DNA from: Octopus vulgaris
Taxonomy: Eukaryota
Length of the DNA: 64,000 nt
Direction of reading: 5' to 3'
NCBI GenBank assembly: GCA_951406725.2
Contig: OX597825.1
Coordinates: 63,488,001-63,552,000, forward strand
The stretch's first letter is position 1. Each line of letters opens with the position of its first letter. The position numbers were made by a program, and so were the translations under genes. This document shows, piece after piece, positions 13,304 through 26,767 of the stretch. Under the pieces are notes generated by a model. The model had not been told where the DNA came from and did no database searches. It was given only the letters and a program-made list of their open reading frames with translations.

Positions 13304-14200
13304 CTACCATATTATTAGATGTTGACCAGAATCAAGAGCGTTAAAATTCTTAATTTCCTCCTTATATCCTTCTTTATCTAAGGGCCAATTATAGAAATCA
13401 GCGATGGTATTGAAAACATGAATATTGGCGGATATCTTAGAGCTTCTAAGCAATATGATTTTGACCAAAATTTTTGTTATATAAGTAGAATGATTGATAA
13501 AAATGCTGGTGTATTTTAGATTGGTTGAAAGTTTATCGTATGCAAAATATAAAACTGTATTTAAGTTGAGTGTAAGGTCAGAGAAATGAACCTTTCTTCT
13601 ATCCTCATCAAAGGTAATACTTAGGTCCATTTTACTAAAAAAATTAACTACATTATTTTTAGCAGGTTTTAATTTTTGATTAGAGATATTTTGGATGTAA
13701 AGGAGGCAATCGTCAAGATATAAACCACAAAGGATATATGGGAATTAGTCGGCCAAATCAGCTAGTTTAACTGAATCGTTAGATCCCAGTCAAAGCAGTC
13801 AAGTCGTTCTTTGCGAAACCAACATTTATTACGAAATTTAACAACAGATTTTCTAGCTGTTAAAACAATATTAAGTTCATCGCGAGTGAGGCCAGGTTCA
13901 TTATGCGCGAACCGAAGTACATTATTAAGGATGATGGGATTAATAGAGTAATAATAACTACAGATATCGAACTGGATAAATTTAGTATTTAGTTTATTAT
14001 CAATAGAGTTGAACCAGTCTGCAACCTCGAATGAATTAGACCATAAATTAAGTTTTAGTTTTTTTTTCGTTAACGAAAGAATGTAATTAACAAGAATACC
14101 GATATCAGAGCTGGAAGGACAGATAAGATTACTGAAGAAGGTAGGTTTGTGGTCCTTTAAAACAAAACGGGGTTGCTTTGGATTTAAAGGATCAATCTTC
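13304..14200 (-). mobile_element. Penelope-like element reverse transcriptase, degraded
   Basis: LKDHKP...NLWSNSFEVADWF...FIQFDICSYY; GLYLDDCL (RT catalytic motif, 13700-13735); VHFSDLTLNL...NH. Confidence 0.9.
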
Positions 14201-15699
14201 ATTTGTAAACTATATGTGTATGCATAATACAAATACGAACTGATAAGCTCCAGCCAATCTAGCAAGACGTTGCAGGACACTGGTCTGCTATCTAAAGATC
14301 AAAATAACCACAAGACAGCTCCACTTTATTAAGAAAAGCATCACTTCCAAGCAATACACCAAGGCCATCAGCTCAACTGTAAGACAACTCTGGCTCACAG
14401 AGAGTCAAGCTGGCTGACTAAGGCGCACGCTACTGATCAACATCGAAAAGAGAATACACTAGGAAATTAGCCAGTACCAAAAGAGAAAAACATTCCTGCA
14501 GTAGAAACTCAAGAACATAATCACACCATATGAGGACTCAAGACTCTCAAATGTTTTAATGAGATGGGCAAACACAAAGTATGAAAGCAAGGGTATGAAT
14601 ATCTCTAATATCCTGTTGGCCTACGAAGCACAACGTTTATTAGCAAATGTAGCTAGAAAATAATCAGATGAAATATATCTAGGTATAACTGGTCAGTACA
14701 TTTGTGATGGGGAAATTACAGAAACGACCGAGTTGCATTTTTTAAGTTATATAATGTAGTTGTCAACAATTGATTGATTATATATTTATTTCTGAATAAT
14801 ATAATTATTGCAGTAATCAATATAAGGTAAATATATGTTCAACAGGTAGCTTATCGAAATTCATAAGCAAACTCGACAAACAATGATTATATTAGTATAA
14901 ATTGATTTATTTATACTGCTATACCCTTAATTATATAACAAACATATGTAAACATACAGCTATTCTGAAAATAATCTATACACTAATAGTATATTTTGTT
15001 ATATTAAGGGCTGTTTTCTAATATGAGAAGCTATTACCGAGATACGAATAGAATAAGGATAATGTAACTCCTGCGGTTCCAACTGAAGGAAAATGTAATT
15101 TATAGACAATATTATGAAAACAGTAAGTATATTAATCACCCACACTATCTGAAGTGATAAATAACAGAACTATCACCGATGAGAATTTTCGAGATGCCGA
15201 GAGGCTGCGATGCAGAGAGCCAGGATTTATATATATTTACTCTTTCAATTTTTGTATGAAAATACTGGTATATATAGTAGTCTATAATAATTTGAATATC
15301 TAGGGAGACAAACCCACTAAATCATTCTACTTGGGGGCCAACAAAGGATCATCTAATAACCCACTCAGCCAGGTACAGATAACAGCCAAATCTCCCTTGA
15401 AACACACTAACATTTATTGAAAAAAGAAAGAGATCAAAACGTACATTGTACGATGCATTTTCTAATATACAAAAACAATTTGAACATAGACTGGATCACT
15501 TAGGGTTAATCCAGTGCTAAACAAGAACTAAAATTATGTAAATATGATGCAATACCTAAAGCTAATATATTTCATAGAAAAACGTAAGGCTTATGTGTAT
15601 TCAGTAGGAACATCAAAGGACGGGTAACACTCTTGATATGGTCAATCATGACAAGTTGTCATATCCAGTATTCCTGCTGATATACTTTTATATGCGCCG

Positions 15700-16022
15700 C
15701 TCCCCGTGGGAGAAAAAATAGTACTCAAACGTTGAAACAATGGATAGGAAATCTTCACATCTTTTGATATTATATCTTGAATCTCCCATTGCAAATTTAA
15801 ATTACATTTTCAGATTTGGAAATCACTGATAATTGCAATGAATACAGTTATATTCCCAGACAAAGATTGATCTATTCATGACAAAATTAATAAATGACTA
15901 ACCAGGAGGCACTGCATTGTAGAATATCATAATCGTATGTTTCACAATAATCGATACGCACACATGTATATATGTATGTACGTTTATTTATACATACATA
16001 CATACATACATACATACATACA

Positions 16023-16056
<34 letters not shown>

Positions 16057-16090
16057 CATGTGTGTGTGTCTGTATCTATCTATATATATA

Positions 16091-16134
<44 letters not shown>

Positions 16135-16932
16135 TATGCATAAATATATATCCATATATGTGAAACTTTATATATATGTGTGTGTATGCATGCATGTATA
16201 TATGCCTGTGTATACCAGTGTATATATATATATATATAAATGCATTGACATATGCACACATAACGCACATATACATCGCTACATCTGAAACTATGTAATG
16301 ACCTTCCCTAAAAAAAAGGAGGAACTTGCATAACCTTTGATATATTCTATATTGTATTTGAAATGTTTTGAGATATGCAGCGACTGTACATTTGTGAATA
16401 CAAACTGCACTGAAATTTACGTAAATATATTTTCCTGTATGTATCAATCATTCAAGTAAAAGTATATGTTAAAAGCAAGTTAAACGTATTTCTTTTGTTA
16501 CAAAGTATGTATCAAGTACTATAGAAAAGATATAAGGTACTTTCTTTAGGCAAGCTTAGATTCTTGAGCTGAGTTTAGTTGAAGTCACTTTGATCCACTC
16601 AGACCTGCTAATACCCTGAAAAAGCTGATGATGATTTCAAAAGTCCTTTTTTTAGTTTTTCATGAAATCTATAAATCTAAGTACATATATACAAGAGTAA
16701 TATTTCTCACATTGACTATGACGGGTCATTACAACAACATAAGCTATCAGATACATGAACACCAGGTTCTGTTCTTATATCCATATATATTGATTGTGTG
16801 TCGAATTGTATCAGATTTCATGGAAGTTTGTAGCATACTGAATTATGGATTCCATGACAAGAACTACAGAAATATTTGGTCCAGATGGGTCGCTTCATAC
16901 CCTATAATTTCCATAATGCTGAAAGTAATGGT
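15700..16932 (-). pseudogene. Two weak exon remnants (cadherin-like ~16690-16932, EGF-like ~15700-15911)
   Basis: Fragments such as ...CCNDPS, PPG*...INLC and RCED; many frameshifts. Confidence 0.25.
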
Positions 16933-17368
16933 CTGAAAGTGCCTTTTTTTTCTTGTATTTTTCTCATCAGATTTACTGAAGAGCTAACTTTAATAACAGG
17001 GTGTTCATTTTTGTCTGTCACAAATGTCAAGTAATTTAATTTCAGTTTAGTTGCTTTTGCATACTTAGATTTCACGAGACTTCATTTGATCCATCGGTCT
17101 CACTATTTATTCCTTTTTTAATATTTTTTCCTACATTTTATCATACTGTAACCATGCTGTAGCTCTACTTTGAAATAGAAGTCGATCAAATCGCCGCCAG
17201 GCTGGCACCTAAACTGGTGTACGTCCGGCACTTATAATATCCTCTTTTGAAGAATGATAAGGCTGCTGGCACACAAACAAAAGAACACCTGCTGACAAAT
17301 GTGAGGCCCAAATATAGCCACATAAACATACAGACACGCACGCACACAGCACAATTTCCCTCCGTATA

Positions 17369-17404
<36 letters not shown>

Positions 17405-17425
17405 TGTATGTATGTATGTATGTAC

Positions 17426-17493
<68 letters not shown>

Positions 17494-17495
<2 letters not shown>

Positions 17496-17652
17496 GCAGA
17501 GCTGGCTTTGGTAAGGTGCTTGCTTCCTAACCATATGGCTCAGGGTTCAGTCCCAGTGCGTGACACCATGGGCAGTAGTTTTCTACTCTAGCGTCGGGTC
17601 GACCAAACCCTTGTGAGTGGACTGGTGGACAGAAACTGAAACAAGCTTGTCA

Positions 17653-17655
<3 letters not shown>
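17494..17655 (+). mobile_element. SINE family A head, diverged
   Basis: TGGCTTTGGTAAG...GGTTCAGTCCC...TGGGCAGT, ending in (TA)n. Confidence 0.75.
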
Positions 17656-17697
<42 letters not shown>

Positions 17698-17801
17698 ACG
17701 AAAAGTTAAATATTGCACTGTTCCAAGTTCTGTTAACGGCTACGCTTTCAGGCGAGTATGGCCGGCATTGGTGTAGCAACATTTGAAATATTGTCCAGGT
17801 A

Positions 17802-17876
17802 AATCTAACTGAGGAAGACTAATCAAATTTACGATAACAAACGAACTTAAAGAGTTCGAAACCAAGGTACTAGATT
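17802..17876 (+). ncRNA. Type I minimal hammerhead ribozyme, near intact
   Basis: Stem I AATCTA/TAGATT; CTGAGGA 17809-15; GAAA 17858-61; stem III ACC-AA-GGT; GUA site; two core-adjacent mismatches. Confidence 0.65.
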
Positions 17877-18114
17877 ATCCAATTCTGGGTTGTCTATTTA
17901 TCAAATGCTCTTCCCAGAGGTAAGACGAATTTTTTTTTTCGCTGCTTTCACACTACATTGGCACTATATATACAGTGAAACTTTACTACAGCGTCATAAA
18001 TCTATCGACTGCTACTTCCAGTAAACATTGGTGCCTTGTTGTATCAATACTATATATATACATATATATCGTATATTATGTATCTATTTCTCTCTCTCTC
18101 TCTATCTCTCTCTC

Positions 18115-18149
<35 letters not shown>

Positions 18150-18199
18150 CAAAGTAAAGTTGCAAGGTACCGCACGAGTGAAAATATAAAAGAAAGAGG

Positions 18200-18940
18200 A
18201 TTTGAAAATGCAGATGTCTATTAAAGATGTTTATTGACTTGATAGCTTTCGCATTAAAAAAAAAAAGATTTTTAAAACTAACATGTAAGGCTTTGTGTAG
18301 ACTTTGTTGTGTTAAAAAATGGTTATCATAGATGTATTAAAATACAGTGATATAGTCTTTGACAACGATAACAAAATGTTAAGAAATAGAATCTTTGAGA
18401 ATGATAAGAAAACGTTAAGCGAGGCTTATTGTTTAAACAGTTTACATAAAAGTGTTCAAAATAGGTAGTAAAATAAATTCATAATTATTTTTAATTTCAT
18501 CAAAACTCATACCAAATACAGCAACCTGACAAATATAAATCACACTCACACACACACAAACGTGCACACATACACGCATCACTGATAGATATAAAACACA
18601 CATAGACACACACACCAGACTGAACTCTAAGACCAGTCAAAAAAACCACACACATACACAAACATATATATATACACACATAGAACCGTGCATACACACA
18701 CTCACACCATGTTGAACTCTAAGACCAGTACAAAAACCATTAAACCATGACAGACTGTCAAAATTCTTAATACTTTCTTATCATTGTCAACAAAGACTGT
18801 ATCATTGTATTTTAAGACATCTATGCTAACCATTTTTAACACAATAAAGGTTACACAAAACCTTACATTTTACTTATGAATTTTTTTAAGTGAAACCAGT
18901 CAAGTCAATATACATTTTTCATTTTTTCAGATCATCTTTC
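18200..18940. repeat. Diverged inverted repeat (~190-bp arms 18200-18385 / 18765-18940)
   Basis: Arms align as reverse complements; the right arm ends GAAACCAGTC-AAGTCAATATACAT. Confidence 0.75.
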
Positions 18941-18960
18941 CTATATATATATATATAAAC

Positions 18961-19150
18961 GTGCATGACTTAGTTGATAGAGCAACGGGATCGCAATCAT
19001 GAGGTAGTGAGTTCGTTTCCCGAAGCGGGCTGTGTGTTGTGTGTTCTTGCACAAAACACATTATTTCCCGTTGTATCAGTTCATTCAGCTGTTGGAAAGA
19101 ATTGCTACGTCACTGATTCCAAGCTGTACCGAACTTTCCTCATGGATATA
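18961..19150 (+). mobile_element. tRNA-derived CORE-like SINE, family D
   Basis: A box TGACTTAGTTGA, B box AGTTCGTTTCC, core-like GTGTTCTTGCACAAAACAC...CAGTTCATTCAGCTGT. Confidence 0.6.
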
Positions 19151-19153
19151 TGT

Positions 19154-19198
<45 letters not shown>

Positions 19199-19306
19199 GT
19201 TGAGTCGTCTAAGAGACCATACCTCAGGGAAAATATGCACTTATATATCTGTCAGTAGAGTAGGTATATTATCCTTAATGTATTGTATTAAATGTCCAGC
19301 ACGGAT

Positions 19307-19431
19307 ATAGTGTGTTATGTAACAAACTGATTATATAACTTTACACTCATCAGAGTTAGCCGATATGCTTCCATATCGGCTATCTCTCATGAACGTAAAG
19401 TTATATGATCAGTGTGTTACCTAACACTCTA
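19307..19431. repeat. ~60-bp-arm hairpin inside a TA-flanked cassette
   Basis: ...gttagccgatatg-cttc-catatcggctatc..., followed by GAAACCAGCTGTTA. Confidence 0.8.
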
Positions 19432-20354
19432 TTGTATTCTTTACGCGAAACCAGCTGTTAAGACCAGCCGTGATGGATACTTAATACTATACACTTCAGA
19501 ATATATATATATAACGCACTTCTCACGTTCCATATAACAAATAAACATAAAAGACATTGTAAATCCAAAAGTACATAAGAGAATAGTTGCTCATGGTCAC
19601 ACACTCGTGCGCAGTGGAACTGAACCTGAAATGTTTGTGTGGTTCCGATACAAACGTCTTAACCTCACAACCATTACATTATTCCAGATAACTTTGGTAG
19701 CAATATATCCTCCACATTCACACACGTACATACTAAATTATTGCTGTGTGTCGGGGATTGAGTCATCAGTTACGAATGATGTGAAAAGAAAATGCAAAGA
19801 TGTCATCTGTCAAGTCAAACTGCTTTCTAAACTTCAGACAACTAACATTCGCGCATTGAAATATTCATGAACACATATCCATGCAGAAGTATATACTTTA
19901 CATATACGAAATACTTGCATAGGTACATAATGCATACATACGTTTATACACGCATAGATAAAACTGGAGAAATAAGTATCATGTTTATTTAATAAGCATT
20001 AATCAACGAATAAAACCGAGCAAAATATACTCACTAAAAGCAAAATAAACAAACGTATAAACATTTTACAAATGCAGACATATTTGTAGAATTTCAAAAT
20101 GGAGTGGAAAGACGTAATGCAACAACAAACATAAAAAAAAACAACATCAAAAACGACTACAAGAAGAAAACTAACAAAAAATAACGATAGATTAAACCTC
20201 AAAAACAGTTGACAGTATTAAGAAGACAAACATCAACTAAAAGACATTTCTAATAATCTTTTAGAAAAAAAAATTTTTTTTCAGAAATCAAAGTTGAAAC
20301 TTTTATCTTCATTTTTTAAATGAAGTATTCTTGTTTTTGTGTTTTTTTCTTCTT

Positions 20355-20372
20355 TTTCTTCTTCTTCTTCTT

Positions 20373-20431
<59 letters not shown>

Positions 20432-20438
20432 CATCATC

Positions 20439-20503
<65 letters not shown>

Positions 20504-20790
20504 CGCCATTGTCGTCGTTGCTGTTGTTTTTAATGTATTTTTATTGGCAGTTCGTATTATTTTCCACCTCACACTTCTTCCTTCACTTCAGCATCACCCC
20601 CATCCTCATCGTCATCATTATCTTCATCATCATAATCATTGTCGTTATCATCGTCATCATCATCATCATCACTATCACCATCATCATGGTCATCATCATC
20701 ACAATCCCCACCACTACCATCACCATCACCATTATCATCATTATCATCATCATCATCATCATCAACGTCGTCATCAACATAACCATCGCC
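20355..20790. repeat. Compound trinucleotide microsatellite (TTC)n/(TTA)n/(CAT)n
   Basis: Directly visible. Confidence 0.95.
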
Positions 20791-21049
20791 ATGACTAGTT
20801 TGAAGAGTTATTTACCTGAAGTCTGCTGTTGTTTGTCAGAATAAGGATTGGTATTCTAGCTGGAAACTACATCTTCAACAAATAAAGCATTTAAAATTAG
20901 TTAAACATTGTTTTGTATCCATATATTTGCAGGTGTATATACATATGTGCACCACTGTATATTTCTTCATAAGTGAATATGTGAGTTGTATAAAAGCTCA
21001 CGTGTGTGTACCTATCTGCGTTCTTGAGTGTGTTTTCTTGAAACATATA

Positions 21050-21220
21050 CTAACAACTGAGTCGCATTGAAATATATATTGCACAATACAACTACTTTGT
21101 ATTGTGACGAAGTGATTATGGATTTATATCTGCAGTGTACTGGTAATGTACCGGCTTTTATAGTGCTACATCTAGCGTTTATATCACAACTCAATCCTGA
21201 GTGAGTCGTTAAGCACATTT
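21050..21220 (-). pseudogene. EGF-like exon remnant
   Basis: Acceptor cactgcAG; CLTTHSGLSCDINARCSTIKAGTLPVHCRY (CxxNAxC EGF pattern). Confidence 0.45.
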
Positions 21221-21459
21221 CTGCAGTGATCGTTCCTTCTCTTTTGTTTATTTTTTACATAAAATGTTTTTGCCGTGTTAAACTAGTGTTGTAACAGTTT
21301 AGTTACTGATATTACTGTTGTTGCTTATCTTAAGGCACGGTTTCCCAAGGCATTGCAAATGTCAGAGACGTAACAACAAAAATATTTCGTCTTCTAGTCA
21401 GACACACTGTGTTAAATAGGTAGAGAGTGATGTGATGACGACATATTTACTTGTAGTAG

Positions 21460-21685
21460 CGCCTTAGGTTTGACCTGTTTGTGTGGTAAAAGTGCCTTAA
21501 TTTTACCTCGTTTGCTATTGGTATGGTAGAAGCGCTCTAAGGTTACCCCGTTTGCTTTTGGTGTGGTAGAAGCGCATTAAGGTTACTCCGTATGCTATTC
21601 GTATGGCAGAAGCAACTTAAGCTTGCCCCGTTTGATATTGGTGTGATAGAATCTCCTTAGATTTGCCAGTTTACTATTGTTGAAA
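21460..21685 (+). repeat. Degenerate ~40-bp tandem repeat, 5-6 units
   Basis: Unit approximately AAGGTTACCCCGTTTGCTATTGGTGTGGTAGAAGCGCCTT. Confidence 0.8.
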
Positions 21686-21819
21686 TCAATAAATATGGTT
21701 ATGTAGAATATAAGGCCTTGAAATTACATACATAGTAGGACTGGCCGCTTCACATCTTCTGTTTATGTATAAAATGCGTAAAAGTAATACAGAATATGTG
21801 ATGAAAATAGGGGAATCGA

Positions 21820-22610
21820 GGTGCCAGGACTAGTTCTGCAGTGCGCCAATAGTTGGCAGCACAGGATTGCCTGCGCAGTGAGAGCTAGCACTGACCTTCA
21901 TCAGGCAGTGTACTGATTGATATTGCTGTGTTACCTTCGCATGTTTTAAAATTTGTGTTTTGTGATCATATGCGTGTTGTGGTCTGCGATTTTGCCATGG
22001 CTAGGAAGTTGGAATAAAGAGCCAACGTGAAATTTTGTATTAAACTTTGGAAGTTTGCTACAGAGATATCAGCAAGATTACGGCGACGAAGCAATGGGTG
22101 GTACGAAAATTTTCCAGTGGCACCTGTGCTTTAAAAACGAAAGAAACACCCTCAATGACGATAAGCTATCTGGGGATCTACCACAAGCGTCACCTCCGGA
22201 GATGTGGCATTGTGCATCGAGAATTCGATGCACAATCCGTCAATCTAGCGTTCGACTGCGAAGGTTTGAAGCGTTTGGGGGAGAACATTCAGCAAAAGTG
22301 ATAGGTTTGAGGAGCTCCAAGTATTCGATTCTTGATGAAGACAATGTTCTCTGTCACCGAGTTTCCTTACGAACATGGTGTCGCTTCCACACACGCCCTA
22401 TTCTCAAGAATTAGCACTTGCATTCTCCTATCTCGTCCCCAAAATGAAAATGTGCCCCTTTTGAAAAATTAAATTAAAGCGAGATCATACCGTCGTTGTG
22501 GTCCAGAGCGAATCGCAGAAGATCCTTGACTCGCTTACAGAAAACGATTTCCAGAATGGATTTCAAAAGTGGCAGGAACACTGGGACCGGTTTCGAAGGA
22601 GATGATTTAA
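21820..22610 (+). mobile_element. Internally deleted mariner transposon
   Basis: ATG at 21997: MARKLE*RANVKFCIKL...YGDEAMG..IFQWH..FK...DD; GIVHREF; ILDEDN (HDNA-like); HTPYSQELA (YSPDL-like). Confidence 0.9.
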
Positions 22611-22879
22611 CTTTTGCTACCACAAAGGGCAGTAACATGATGACATGCTGCGTTTAGGAAGGCACCATGTCAATTCATCTTTACTCTCGCTTCCAGGGAG
22701 CGAGAATTTACGATACCGAGAAATCTAGCACGGCCATCTCATCTCTTCCAGATGTTCCAATATATCGCCCAGACTGGTCAAGAGACAAGTTGCAATCGAC
22801 GTAGCATGCAATTGAGGAAAATGATGTTTGTGAGTTAAAAAACAACATAATAAATCTGCATGAAAATAAAATTGCATTT

Positions 22880-24900
22880 ACATTAGAAAGGAACTTGCAT
22901 AACATATGTGGGATACCCATACGTATGATATTTAGCAATCCACTTACGTTTGCATTGGTAGCTACTTGACCGACACACCAGTTTGCTAAATTTGATATCT
23001 TTCCAAGTCTTCCAATAGTAAAAGGTAACATTGCTGCTTTGAACTGCTACATCTCATGCTTTCGATTTCCGAAGTTTTTTAGCCGGTGTTGAAACAGCAG
23101 TCAAAAAACGTGTCTTTTCAACATGTCATTTCACAAGGATATCTCGTCGGTCAGCCTAAATTTGCCGTTAAGTTTGGACAAAGAAAACTCCACTGGTTGG
23201 TAGCTTCAGCATTCTAGACATTTAGTAGAGGCTTATGTTCCCACAAATTCTCTTTATGAGGAATGTTTTATGAGCTCTACGACGATTGTATTTCAGCTGT
23301 TGTTTTTATTATTAGTGGTAGTAGCTTTAGTAATATTGTTATTTTGTAAATTTCTAATAGCGAATATGCGTGCTTTAGCTTGTTTCGATAATTACTCCAT
23401 GTATCGATTTTAAACTAGCTTCACGCATTTCTCGTGCCTCTGTATAAAATCTTTCAAAGGTCTGTCGGTATATATTTTAATTAAATTGTTTTAATGTTAC
23501 AGTTCTTCGTTTTCTAATTAAGACTTACATAACCATTATATCTGCACTTTTAGCATAACTCAAATATGATTAACCCTTGCATCTACAAAACTGCGCTATT
23601 GTTAATTTGCAGCATAGAATAACATGTATCATTGGCATTGAAACACCAAATGATGGATTGCTTTTCCTTTATTTATTTATTTACTTATTTATGTTTTGTC
23701 TTTTTTTTTTGTATAGCATAAATATTTCAACTTTGCATCCAGTTTTTCTACTCTTTTCTTTTAGACTAAACTTTCTGGAAATACATCGTTGCTGATATTT
23801 AACTGTACTGAAAGTTATATCTTTGCTTGATGTAAAATTGAAAGAGAAAGTAGTTTTTGTAGCTTTCTTCATACCACTGAAGCCTTTCTCCACTAACTCT
23901 GAGTTTCCCCATCAGCATATGTATCCGTTCTTTAACAATGAGAATTGTAATAATTATATTTCACATTTCATAGTGTATAGTTTTCAGATCTCACATTCAC
24001 ATCTTCTTTTCATAGACACTCCGGTCCTTATTGTTTATATGGCTCTATAACTTGTTCAGTTATACTCTTTTGTTACCAATTTTCAATCCCAAGAAGGAGA
24101 TTTAGATAGGACATTCAAGAGCAGTTGTATCCAAGTATCACTAGAGAAGCTTTAGTGATTTGAATCCCGTTAAATGAATATTTAATCTACCGAATCTGCT
24201 CTGAAGTTTTATTTATATTATTTGATGTTCTTACGAACAATGTCAATTTAGCTAGAAATGAATGTAGATTATTGTCATCTGAATCCGTGTAAATGTGTTT
24301 AATATCGATAAGTTTTTGCCTTAGTCAGTATAAAGAAATCTGTAGTGTTTTGTCTTTACCGAGTCAAACTGTAACATTCTCTTCACGAGTACCTGTCGCC
24401 TTCACTGGTTAAAACACGAACAAATGAATTTTTGTCACTTTGACGTTTTCCCTTCAGGATCTACAGAACTTAATTACTAGAAATTGTATCAGGATGCTGT
24501 GCAATGGTTGATTTGTTTTCAGAAATGTATTAGCAATATTTTTTTCACACTGTGTGATTTCCTTTCGTATTTTAACATCCATTACTAAGCAAAGTAACAG
24601 ATACTTTAACGAAATGATTAGCCCCGTATAGTGAATAAGATGAAACGAATATTGAAAATACTGGGAATGGTCTGTTGGATACACACAAGGAAAATAAACG
24701 TAAATGCATCATGTTGTGTTATGCCCGTATAGTTCCATAATTCTCAGCAACAAGTTTTGTATGACAGTGTTAAGGATCTTTGTCTTTCTAACTTTCTACT
24801 CCTGAGACATGCTCCTGAAATATAACATGGCGGATGCCTGGTTGGTGGAATTAGAAAACTGACAGCATGATTAACATGTCTATAGGCAAAGTTTAATATT
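22880..24900 (-). mobile_element. Degraded RLE-type non-LTR retrotransposon (R4/Dong-like)
   Basis: NIPHKENLWEHKP...ADRRDILVK..EKTRFLTAVSTP...LPFTIGRLG...MGIPHMLCKFL (RLE domain); weak RT traces upstream (EGD.YS, SDD, PYKQ*G). Confidence 0.65.
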
Positions 24901-25892
24901 TTATTTACCACAGTGTGCCATAATTTCCATAGTTTCCATTGCTGTGCAAAGCAAACTAATTATATCATCATCGGCTCCAATACGAAAATTTACTACAAAT
25001 GTTTATATGGAAAAAAAAGAATGTCAACCGAATAAGAGAAAGAACGATATGTTTCCCGCATGTAATTGTAAATGGTATGAAAATTTGATTGTTTATGCTT
25101 GTTTGTATGCAATGAATGCTATGAATGCTAGTCATTGTATTAGAAAATACACAAGTATATTATACACAGGAAAGGGCAGATATATACAAAAGGTAGGTCA
25201 AATTTCTGTTGAAAGTTACTTGATACTTCAAAGATAAAAAGCAAATCAATTTTGTCAGGAAAATATATTAAATTTAGGAATTTATTTGGACCGATGGCAA
25301 CGGTAACAACAAGAGAGAAAAAGCTATGGTATCTATTTGGAAAATAGATTGACAAAATAATAAGTAAATAAGCAAACACTCCCCATCACAAAATAAAAGA
25401 CAATAACTTTATAAAATATCCTTCATATTTTCATGGAGGGTGTTTACAAAATTCTAGAATTGTAGAAATATTAAATATCTAAATAAAAGACAACATTACG
25501 CAACTATATTTTTCCCTATTTTTTACTGTTGTATTGTAGAAAATGAAAACAAAATGGAGAACGGAAGGCTCTTTCGGAGTTGTTGTCTTCGTATTGGCGA
25601 ATACTGTATTGTGTGAGAAAACATTACTACTTTATTTCTTAATAAAATATTTCACTGAAGTTATCGTTCAGCTTGGAATTCATAAGAAAAATCATTAAAA
25701 AAAATCTCATTGTAACAGCAATAACAGTAGTCTTTCACACAAACATGGATGACATTAGATGTAAGTGTGCTGGTGGGTGTGCATGTATGCGCGCGAGCAA
25801 ACGCACACATATATATTCACACAGTCATATATATGTACGTATATCTATATATGTACGTGTATACACACACATATATATATATATATATACAG

Positions 25893-25931
<39 letters not shown>

Positions 25932-25970
25932 AACATATATATATATATATGTTCCTTTTCATCGCTATAA

Positions 25971-26017
<47 letters not shown>

Positions 26018-26767
26018 CATACAAACATATATAAACACATAAATACATATATATGTATTACTGGTTAGATGCACAAGAATAAGAAGCAGGTGTTGATTGA
26101 TAATGTATTGATAAAAATCCTGTTATTGTGTGTTATTGTATTAAAGCTGAATGTGTGTTTATTGTATTCTGCTAAACATCATCATGTTTACAATACACTC
26201 CTGGAGTAAAATTACAGTGTCTGTAATATTGTTAAAACATTATATAATATGTTATATATTTTTGAATTTCACACCGTAATGCATTGTGTAGCTTGTGTAT
26301 TACGAATTATATTGTTAGTATATACCTGCAGTTTTCTATATTATACTGATGCTTCCGTAATTTGTAGAATTATTCTTATTATGAAACATTTTAACGCATT
26401 TAATTCTCTCTCATTTTATAATTTTTAGCATTTGTAGGCTAATTGTTATATAGTTTGTTATAACGCTTGATCAATGAAAATATGGATATATATATTCAAT
26501 ATCTCTCAATATTGAAATATCGGAACCTATGTTCCTTAAGTAAGTGCTTGTTGCATATGGAAAATTTGAGTACAATAGATTACCACAACTAAAATGTAGA
26601 GAACTGAATTAAGTTCTAAAGATGATCATATCCAAGAGCCAAGCAATTAGCTGCCAAAACCTCACTTCGGAGAGTATAAGTTCTACAGATAACAAGAAAG
26701 AGAGGCAACTATATTACGGCTAGTTGCATGAAGTGTTTAGCTATTTATCTATCTATCTATCTTTTAC

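Noticed and set aside
15171-15215. CCGATGA-gaattttc-GAGA motif
   Set aside because: Two core substitutions and no convincing stem I.
20320-20844. 174-aa hydrophobic and His-rich ORFs
   Set aside because: Entirely TTC/TTA/CAT repeats.
21460-21685. CRISPR array
   Set aside because: Contiguous diverged units without unique spacers, in a eukaryotic context.
21888-21912. Minus-strand CTGATGA in a hairpin
   Set aside because: No GAAA or stem III; lies in the mariner 5' UTR.
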